Below, in pieces: positions 11,389-22,149 of a stretch of DNA of 64,000 nt. Origin of the DNA: Auanema rhodensis. Lineage: Eukaryota; Animalia; Nematoda. Where the stretch lies: the NCBI GenBank assembly GCA_964057225.1, contig OZ059900.1, forward strand, positions 17,856,001-17,920,000. The letters run 5' to 3'. Below the pieces are notes generated by a model that had not been told where the DNA came from, did not search any database, and saw only the letters and a list, made by a program, of their open reading frames with translations. Position numbers and translations under genes: made by a program. Each line of letters begins with the position of its first letter. Position 1 is the first letter of the stretch.

Positions 11389-13039
11389 GTATTTTTATAG
11401 TGTTCAGCATGTAAAATGCTTTATTTTAGTATGTAACACGCTGAAATTCGTTGCATTTGACGACTCATATGAACAAAAATCGATTTAATCAATATTAGCC
11501 ATAAGGGGCGTGCCCTCAGAATATGCTAATTTCCTTAATTTTCTAACCCCTGTTTTTTTGTCGTGAAAGTGGAACTAGACGTTGTACGAACAATTTTGAG
11601 CTAGGTTTTATTGACATTGCATGAGTTTGAACACATGAAATCGTAAGTCAAAACCTTGTTTACAGCGAAATTTCCAAAAACTGGTTTTCCAGCATAATAA
11701 AATATTTCTCATGAGAAATACTGTGTTTTTGTATTTTTCTAGTGTTCAGCATGTAAAATGCTTCATTTTAGTATGTAACACGCTGAAATTCGTTGCATTT
11801 GACGATTCATATGAACAAAAATCGATTTAATCAATATTAGCCATAAGGGGCGTGCCCTCAGAATATGCTAATTTCCTTAATTTTCTAACCCCTGTTTTTT
11901 TGTCGTGAAAGTGGAACTAGACGTTGTACGAACAATTTTGAGCTAGGTTTCATTGACATTGCATGAGTTTGAACACATGAAATCGTAAGTCAAAACCTTG
12001 TTTACAGCGAAATTTCCAAAAACTGGTTTTCCAGCATAATAAAATATTTCTCATGGGAAATACTGTGTTTTTGTATTTTTATAGTGTTCAGCATGTAAAA
12101 TGTTTCATTTTAGTATGTAACACGCTGAAATTCGTTGCATTTGACGACTCATATGAACAAAAATCGATTTAATCAATATTAGCCATAAAGGGCGTGCCCT
12201 CAGAATATGCTAATTTCCTTAATTTTCTAACCCCTCTTTTTTTGTCGTGAAAGTGGAACTAGACGTTGTAGGAACAATTTTGAGCTAGGTTTCATTGACA
12301 TTGCATGAGTTTGAACACATGAAATCGTAAGTCAAAACCTTGTTTACAGCGAAATTTCCAAAAACTGGTTTTCCAGCATAATAAAATATTTCTCATGGGA
12401 AATACTGTGTTTTTGTATTTTTATAGTGTTCAGCATGTAAAATGCTTCATTTTAGTATGTAACACGCTGAAATTCGTTGCATTTGACGACTCATATGAAC
12501 CAAAATCGATTTAATCAATATTAGCCATAAGGGGTGTGCCCTCAGAATATGCTAATTTCCTTAATTTTCTAACCCCTGTTTTGTTGTCGTGAAAGTGGAA
12601 CTAGACGTTGTAGGAACAATTTTGAGCTAGGTTTCATTGACATTGCATGAGTTTGAACACATGAAATCGTAAGTCAAAACCTTGTTTACAGCGAAATTTC
12701 CAAAAACTGGTTTTCCAGCATAATAAAATATTTCTCATGGGAAATACTGTGTTTTTGTATTTTTATAGTGTTCAGCATGTAAAATGCTTCATTTTAGTAT
12801 GTAACACGCTGAAATTCGTTGCATTTGACGACTCATATGAACAAAAATCGATTTAATCAATATTAGCCATAAGAGGCGTGCCCTCAGAATATGCTAATTT
12901 CCTTAATTTTCTAACCCCTGTTTTTTTGTCGTGAAAGTGGAACTAGACGTTGTAATAACAATTTTGAGCTAGGTTTCATTGACATTGCATGAGTTTGAAC
13001 ACATGAAATCGTAAGTCAAAACCTTGTTTACAGCGAAAT

Positions 13040-13187
13040 TTCAAAAACTGGTTTTCCAGCATAATAAAATATTTCTCATGGGAAATACTGTGTTTTTGTA
13101 TTTTTCTAGTGTTCAAAAACTGGTTTTCCAGCATAATAAAATATTTCTCATGGGAAATACTGTGTTTTTGTATTTTTCTAGTGTTCA
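13040..13187. repeat. 72-bp internal tandem duplication (413-bp variant monomer), copy 1
   Basis: TTCA-AAAACTGG...CTAGTG occurs twice, with TTCA at 13040, 13112 and 13184. This matches the 24-aa repeat in the ORF track. Confidence 0.95.
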
Positions 13188-16100
13188 GCATGTAAAATGC
13201 TTCATTTTAGTATGTAACACGCTGAAATTCGTTTCATTTGACGACTCATATGAACAAAAATCGATTTAATCAATATTAGCCATAAGGGGCGTGCCCTCAG
13301 AATATGCTAATTTCCTTACTTTTCTAACCCCTGTTTTTTTGTCGTGAAAGTGGAACTAGACGTTGTAGGAACAATTTTGAGCTAGGTTTCATTGACATTG
13401 CATGAGTTTGAACACATGAAATCGTAAGTCAAAACCTTGTTTACAGCGAAATTTCCAAAAACTGGTTTTCCAGCATAATAAAATATTTCTCATGGGAAAT
13501 ACTGTGTTTTTGTATTTTTATAGTGTTCAGCATGTAAAATGTTTCATTTTAGTATGTAACACGCTGAAATTCGTTGCATTTGACGACTCATATGAACAAA
13601 CATCGATTTAATCAATATTAGCCATAAAGGGCGTGCCCTCAGAATATGCTAATTTCCTTAATTTTCTAACCCCTGTTTTGTTGTCGTGAAAGTGGAACTA
13701 GACGTTGTAGGAACAATTTTGAGCTAGGTTTCATTGACATTGCATGAGTTTGAACACATGAAATCGTAAGTCAAAACCTTGTTTACAGCGAACTTTCCAA
13801 AAACTGGTTTTCCAGCATAATAAAATATTTCTTATGGGAAATACTGTGTTTTTGTATTTTTCTAGTGTTCAGCATGTGAAATGCTTCATTTTAGTATGTA
13901 ACACGCTGAAATTCGTTGCATTTGACGACTCATATGAACAAAAATCGATTTAATCAATATTAGCCATAAGGGGCGTGCCCTCAGAATATGCTAATTTCCT
14001 TAATTTTCTAACCCCTGTTTTGTTGTCGTGAAAGTGGAACTAGACGTTGTAGGAACAATTTTGAGCTAGGTTTCATTGACATTGCATGAGTTTGAACACA
14101 TGAAATCGTAAGTCAAAACCTTGTTTACAGCGAAATTTCTAAAAACTGGTTTTCCAGCATAATAAAATATTTCTCATGGGAAATACTGTGTTTTTGTATT
14201 TTTCTAGTGTTCAGCATGTAAAATGCTTCATTTTAGTATGTAACACGCTGAAATTCGTTGCATTTGACGACTCATATGAACAAAAATCGATTTAATCAAT
14301 ATTAGCCATAAGGGGCGTGCCCTCAGAATATGCTAATTTCCTTAATTTTCTAACCCCTGTTTTTTGTCGTGAAAGTGGAACTAGACGTTGTAGGAACAAT
14401 TTTGAGCTAGGTTTCATTGACATTGCATGAGTTTGAACACATGAAATCGTAAGTCAAAACCTTGTTTACAGCGAAATTTCCAAAAACTGGTTTTCCAGCA
14501 TAATAAAATATTTCTCATGGGAAATACTGTGTTTTTGTATTTTTCTAGTGTTCAGCATGCAAAATACTTCATTTTAGTATGTAACACGCTGAAATTCGTT
14601 GCATTTGACGACTCATATGAACAAAAATCGATTTAATCAATATTAGCCATAAGGGGCGTGCCCTCAGAATATGCTAATTTCCTAAATTTTCTAACCCCTG
14701 TTTTTTTGTCGTGAAAGTGGAACTAGACGTTGTAGGAACAATTTTGAGCTAGGTTTCATTGACATTGCATGAGTTTGAACACATGAAATCGTAAGTCAAA
14801 ACCTTGTTTACAGCGAAACTTCCAAAAACTGGTTTTCCAGCATAATAAAATATTTCTCATGGGAAATACTGTGTTTTTGTATTTTTATGGTGTTCAGCAT
14901 GTAAAATGCTTCATTTTAGTATGTAACACGCTGAAATTCGTTGCATTTGACGACTCATATGAACAAAAATCGATTTAATCAATATTAGCCATAAGGGTCG
15001 TGCCCTCAGAATATGCTAATTTCCTTAATTTTCTAACCCCTGTTTTTTTGTCGTGAAAGTGGAACTAGACGTTGTAGGAACAGTTTTGAGCTAGGTTTCA
15101 TTGACATTGCATGAGTTTGAACACATGAAATCGTAAGTCAAAACCTTGTTTACAGCGAAATTTCCAAAAAGTGGTTTTCCAGCATAATAAAATATTTCTC
15201 ATGGGAAATACTGTGTTTTTGTATTTTTCTAGTGTTCAGCATGTAAAATGCTTCATTTAAGTATGTGACACGCTGAAATTCGTTGCATTTGACGACTCAT
15301 ATGAACAAAAATCGATTTAATCAATATTAGCCATAAGGGGCGTGCCCTCAGATTATGCTAATTTCCTTAATTTTCTAACCCCTGTTTTTTGTCGTGAAAG
15401 TGGAACTAGACGTTGTAGGAACAATTTTGAGCTAGGTTTCATTGACATTGCATGAGTTTGAACACATGAAATCGTAAGTCAAAACCTTGTTTACAGCGAA
15501 ATTTCCAAAAACTGGTTTTCCAGCATAATAAAATATTTCTCATGGGAAATACTGTGTTTTTGTATTTTTCTAGTGTTCAGCATGCAAAATACTTCATTTT
15601 AGTATGTAACACGCTGAAATTCGTTGCATTTGACGACTCATATGAACAAAAATCGATTTAATCAATATTAGCCATAAGGGGCGTGCCCTCAGAATATGCT
15701 AATTTCCTAAATTTTCTAACCCCTGTTTTTTTGTCGTGAAAGTGGAACTAGACGTTGTACGAACAATTTTGAGCTAGGTTTCATTGACATTGCATGAGTT
15801 TGAACACATGAAATCGTAAGTCAAAACCTTGTTTACAGCGAAATTTCCAAAAACTCGTTTTCCAGCATAATAAAATATTTCTCATGGGAAAAACTGTGTT
15901 TTTGTATTTTTCTAGTGTTCAGCATGTAAAATGCTTCATTTTAGTATGTAACACGCTGAAATTCGTTGCATTTGACGACTCATATGAACAAAAATCGATT
16001 TAATCAATATTAGCCATAAGGGGCGTGCCCTCAGAATATGCTAATTTCCTTAATTTTCTAACCCCTGTTTTTTTGTCGTGAAAGTGGAACTAGACGTTGT

Positions 16101-16870
16101 ACGAACAATTTTGAGCTAGGTTTCATTGACATTGCATGAGTTTGAACACATGAAATCGTAAGTCAAAACCTTGTTTACAGCGAAATTTCCAAAAACTGGT
16201 TTTCCAGCATAATAAAATATTTCTCATGGGAAATACTGTGTTTTTGTATTTTTCTAGTGTTCAGCATGTGAAATGCTTCATTTTAGTATGTAACACGCTG
16301 AAATTCGTTGCATTTGACGACTCATATGAACCAAAATCGATTTAATCAATATTAGCCATAAGGGGTGTGCCCTCAGAATATGCTAATTTCCTTAATTTTC
16401 TAACCCCTGTTTTGTTGTCGTGAAAGTGGAACTAGACGTTGTAGGAACAATTTTGAGCTAGGTTTCATTGACATTGCATGAGTTTGAACACATGAAATCG
16501 TAAGTCAAAACCTTGTTTACAGCGAAATTTCCAAAAACTGGTTTTCCAGCATAATAAAATATTTCTCATGGGAAATACTGTGTTTTTGTATTTTTATAGT
16601 GTTCAGCATGTAAAATGCTTCATTTTAGTATGTAACACGCTGAAATTCGTTGCATTTGACGACTCATATGAACAAAAATCGATTTAATCAATATTAGCCA
16701 TAAGAGGCGTGCCCTCAGAATATGCTAATTTCCTTAACTTTCTAACCCCTGTTTTTTTGTCGTGAAAGTGGAACTAGACGTTGTAATAACAATTTTGAGC
16801 TAGGTTTCATTGACATTGCATGAGTTTGAACACATGAAATCGTAAGTCAAAACCTTGTTTACAGCGAAAT

Positions 16871-17018
16871 TTCAAAAACTGGTTTTCCAGCATAATAAAA
16901 TATTTCTCATGGGAAATACTGTGTTTTTGTATTTTTCTAGTGTTCAAAAACTGGTTTTCCAGCATAATAAAATATTTCTCATGGGAAATACTGTGTTTTT
17001 GTATTTTTCTAGTGTTCA
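16871..17018. repeat. 72-bp internal tandem duplication (413-bp variant monomer), copy 2
   Basis: Same structure as copy 1, at +3831 bp. Confidence 0.95.
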
Positions 17019-20000
17019 GCATGTAAAATGCTTCATTTTAGTATGTAACACGCTGAAATTCGTTTCATTTGACGACTCATATGAACAAAAATCGATTTAA
17101 TCAATATTAGCCATAAGGGGCGTGCCCTCAGAATATGCTAATTTCCTTAATTTTCTAACCCCTGTTTTTTTGTCGTGAAAGTGGAACTAGACGTTGTAGG
17201 AACAATTTTGAGCTAGATTTCATTGACATTGCATGAGTTTGAACACATGAAATCGTAAGTCAAAACCTTGTTTACAGCGAAATTTCCAAAAACTGGTTTT
17301 CCAGCATAATAAAATATTTCTCATGGGAAATACTGTGTTTTTGTATTTTTATAGTGTTCAGCATGTAAAATGTTTCATTTTAGTATGTAACACGCTGAAA
17401 TTCGTTGCATTTGACGACTCATATGAACAAAAATCGATTTAATCAATATTAGCCATAAAGGGCGTGCCCTCAGAATATGCTAATTTCCTTAATTTTCTAA
17501 CCCCTGTTTTGTTGTCGTGAAAGTGGAACTAGACGTTGTAGGAACAATTTTGAGCTAGGTTTCATTGACATTGCATGAGTTTGAACACATGAAATCGTAA
17601 GTCAAAACCTTGTTTACAGCGAAATTTCCAAAAACTGGTTTTCCAGCATAATAAAATATTTCTCATGGGAAATACTGTGTTTTTGTATTTTTCTAGTGTT
17701 CAGCATGTAAAATGCTTCATTTTAGTATGTAACACGCTGAAATTCGTTGCATTTGACGACTCATATGAACAAAAATCGATTTAATCAATATTAGCCATAA
17801 GGGTCGTGCCCTCAGAATATGCTAATTTCCTTAATTTTCTAACCCCTGTTTTTTTGTCGTGAAAGTGGAACTAGACGTTGTAGGAACAGTTTTGAGCTAG
17901 GTTTCATTGACATTGCATGAGTTTGAACACATGAAATCGTAAGTCAAAACCTTGTTTACAGCGAAATTTCCAAAAACTGGTTTTCCAGCATAATAAAATA
18001 TTTCTCATGGGAAATACTGTGTTTTTGTATTTTTCTAGTGTTCAGCATGTAAAATGCTTCATTTTAGTATGTAACACGCTGAAATTCGTTGCATTTGACG
18101 ACTCATATGAACAAAAATCGATTTAATCAATATTAGCCATAAGGGGCGTGCCCTCAGAATATGCTAATTTCCTTAATTTTCTAACCCCTGTTTTTTGTCG
18201 TGAAAGTGGAACTAGACGTTGTAGGAACAATTTTGAGCTAGGTTTCATTGACATTGCATGAGTTTGAACACATGAAATCGTAAGTCAAAACCTTGTTTAC
18301 AGCGAAATTTCCAAAAACTGGTTTTCCAGCATAATAAAATATTTCTCATGGGAAATACTGTGTTTTTGTATTTTTATAGTGTTCAGCATGTAAAATGCTT
18401 CATTTTAGTATGTAACACGCTGAAATTCGTTGCATTTGACGACTCATATGAACAAAAATCGATTAAATCAATATTAGCCATAAGGGGCGTGCCCTCAGAA
18501 TATGCTAATTTCCTTAATTTTCTAACCCCTGTTTTTTTGTCGTGAAAGTGGAACTAGACGTTGTACGAACAATTTTGAGCTAGGTTTCATTGACATTGCA
18601 TGAGTTTGAACACATGAAATCGTAAGTCAAAACCTTGTTTACAGCGAAATTTCCAAAAACTGGTTTTCCAGCATAATAAAATATTTCTCATGGGAAATAC
18701 TGTGTTTTTGTATTTTTATAGTGTTCAGCATGTAAAATGCTTCATTTTAGTATGTAACACGCTGAAATTCGTTGCATTTGACGACTCATATGAACAAAAA
18801 TCGATTAAATCAATATTAGCCATAAGGGTCGTGCCCTCAGAATATGCTAATTTCCTTAATTTTCTAACCCCTGTTTTTTTGTCGTGAAAGTGGAACTAGA
18901 CGTTGTAGGAACAGTTTTGAGCTAGGTTTCATTGACATTGCATGAGTTTGAACACATGAAATCGTAAGTCAAAACCTTGTTTACAGCGAAATTTCCAAAA
19001 AGTGGTTTTCCAGCATAATAAAATATTTCTCATGGGAAATACTGTGTTTTTGTATTTTTCTAGTGTTCAGCATGTAAAATGCTTCATTTAAGTATGTGAC
19101 ACGCTGAAATTCGTTGCATTTGACGACTCATATGAACAAAAATCGATTTAATCAATATTAGCCATAAGGGGCGTGCCCTCAGATTATGCTAATTTCCTTA
19201 ATTTTCTAACCCCTGTTTTTTGTCGTGAAAGTGGAACTAGACGTTGTAGGAACAATTTTGAGCTAGGTTTCATTGACATTGCATGAGTTTGAACACATGA
19301 AATCGTAAGTCAAAACCTTGTTTACAGCGAAATTTCCAAAAACTGGTTTTCCAGCATAATAAAATATTTCTCATGGGAAATACTGTGTTTTTGTATTTTT
19401 CTAGTGTTCAGCATGCAAAATACTTCATTTTAGTATGTAACACGCTGAAATTCGTTGCATTTGACGACTCATATGAACAAAAATCGATTTAATCAATATT
19501 AGCCATAAGGGGCGTGCCCTCAGAATATGCTAATTTCCTAAATTTTCTAACCCCTGTTTTTTTGTCGTGAAAGTGGAACTAGACGTTGTACGAACAATTT
19601 TGAGCTAGGTTTCATTGACATTGCATGAGTTTGAACACATGAAATCGTAAGTCAAAACCTTGTTTACAGCGAAATTTCCAAAAACTGGTTTTCCAGCATA
19701 ATAAAATATTTCTCATGGGAAAAACTGTGTTTTTGTATTTTTCTAGTGTTCAGCATGTAAAATGCTTCATTTTAGTATGTAACACGCTGAAATTCGTTGC
19801 ATTTGACGACTCATATGAACAAAAATCGATTTAATCAATATTAGCCATAAGAGGCGTGCCCTCAGAATATGCTAATTTCCTTAATTTTCTAACCCCTGTT
19901 TTTTTGTCGTGAAAGTGGAACTAGACGTTGTAGGAACAATTTTGAGCTAGATTTCATTGACATTGCATGAGTTTGAACACATGAAATCGTAAGTCAAAAC

Positions 20001-20701
20001 CTTGTTTACAGCGAAAATTCCAAAAACTGGTTTTCCAGCATAATAAAATATTTCTCATGGGAAATACTGTGTTTTTGTATTTTTCTAGTGTTCAGCATGT
20101 AAAATGCTTCATTTAAGTATGTGACACGCTGAAATTCGTTGCATTTGACGACTCATATGAACAAAAATCGATTTAATCAATATTAGCCATAAGGGGCGTG
20201 CCCTCAGAATATGCTAATTTCCTTAATTTTCTAACCCCTGTTTTGTTGTCGTGAAAGTGGAACTAGACGTTGTAGGAACAATTTTGAGCTAGGTTTCATT
20301 GACATTGCATGAGTTTGAACACATGAAATCGTAAGTCAAAACCTTGTTTACAGCGAAATTTCCAAAAACTGGTTTTCCAGCATAATAAAATATTTCTCAT
20401 GGGAAATACTGTGTTTTTGTATTTTTATAGTGTTCAGCATGTAAAATGCTTCATTTTAGTATGTAACACGCTGAAATTCGTTGCATTTGACGACTCATAT
20501 GAACAAAAATCGATTTAATCAATATTAGCCATAAGAGGCGTGCCCTCAGAATATGCTAATTTCCTTAATTTTCTAACCCCTGTTTTTTTGTCGTGAAAGT
20601 GGAACTAGACGTTGTAATAACAATTTTGAGCTAGGTTTCATTGACATTGCATGAGTTTGAACACATGAAATCGTAAGTCAAAACCTTGTTTACAGCGAAA
20701 T

Positions 20702-20849
20702 TTCAAAAACTGGTTTTCCAGCATAATAAAATATTTCTCATGGGAAATACTGTGTTTTTGTATTTTTCTAGTGTTCAAAAACTGGTTTTCCAGCATAATA
20801 AAATATTTCTCATGGGAAATACTGTGTTTTTGTATTTTTCTAGTGTTCA
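20702..20849. repeat. 72-bp internal tandem duplication (413-bp variant monomer), copy 3
   Basis: Same structure as copy 2, at +3831 bp. Confidence 0.95.
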
Positions 20850-22149
20850 GCATGTAAAATGCTTCATTTTAGTATGTAACACGCTGAAATTCGTTTCGTT
20901 TGACGACTCATATGAACAAAAATCGATTTAATCAATATTAGCCATAAGGGGCGTGCCCTCAGAATATGCTAATTTCCTTAATTTTCTAACCCCTGTTTTT
21001 TTGTCGTGAAAGTGGAACTAGACGTTGTAGGAACAATTTTGAGCTAGGTTTCATTGACATTGCATGAGTTTGAACACATGAAATCGTAAGTCAAAACCTT
21101 GTTTACAGCGAAATTTCCAAAAACTGGTTTTCCAGCATAATAAAATATTTCTCATGGGAAATACTGTGTTTTTGTATTTTTATAGTGTTCAGCATGTAAA
21201 ATGTTTCATTTTAGTATGTAACACGCTGAAATTCGTTGCATTTGACGACTCATATGAACAAAAATCGATTTAATCAATATTAGCCATAAAGGGCGTGCCC
21301 TCAGAATATGCTAATTTCCTTAATTTTCTAACCCCTGTTTTGTTGTCGTGAAAGTGGAACTAGACGTTGTAGGAACAATTTTGAGCTAGGTTTCATTGAC
21401 ATTGCATGAGTTTGAACACATGAAATCGTAAGTCAAAACCTTGTTTACAGCGAACTTTCCAAAAACTGGTTTTCCAGCATAATAAAATATTTCTTATGGG
21501 AAATACTGTGTTTTTGTATTTTTCTAGTGTTCAGCATGTGAAATGCTTCATTTTAGTATGTAACACGCTGAAATTCGTTGCATTTGACGACTCATATGAA
21601 CAAAAATCGATTTAATCAATATTAGCCATAAGGGGCGTGCCCTCAGAATATGCTAATTTCCTTAATTTTCTAACCCCTGTTTTGTTGTCGTGAAAGTGGA
21701 ACTAGACGTTGTAGGAACAATTTTGAGCTAGGTTTCATTGACATTGCATGAGTTTGAACACATGAAATCGTAAGTCAAAACCTTGTTTACAGCGAAATTT
21801 CCAAAAACTGGTTTTCCAGCATAATAAAATATTTCTCATGGGAAATACTGTGTTTTTGTATTTTTCTAGTGTTCAGCATGTAAAATGCTTCATTTTAGTA
21901 TGTAACACGCTGAAATTCGTTGCATTTGACGACTCATATGAACAAAAATCGATTTAATCAATATTAGCCATAAGGGGCGTGCCCTCAGAATATGCTAATT
22001 TCCTTAATTTTCTAACCCCTGTTTTTTGTCGTGAAAGTGGAACTAGACGTTGTAGGAACAATTTTGAGCTAGGTTTCATTGACATTGCATGAGTTTGAAC
22101 ACATGAAATCGTAAGTCAAAACCTTGTTTACAGCGAAATTTCCAAAAAC

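Larger units (their letters stand above)
12700..21400 (-). repeat. Imperfect 11-monomer (3831 bp) higher-order repeat
   Basis: The GTAATA variant, the 72-bp duplication, CGTTTC, and the following GTTTC/AAAGGG monomer recur at 3831-bp spacing. The AAGTGG/GATT cassette is at ~15170 and ~19001. Confidence 0.8.

Noticed and set aside
18348-18887. Two 65-aa ORFs
   Set aside because: Created by a single T>A change (GATTTAATC>GATTAAATC) that removes a TAA stop in two adjacent monomers; satellite noise.
12976-20931. 71-aa and 81-aa overlapping ORFs with a 24-aa repeat, in three copies
   Set aside because: They arise from the in-frame 72-bp duplication plus a 1-bp deletion inside satellite monomers. 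They are open on both strands, have no recognisable domain and have no gene context.
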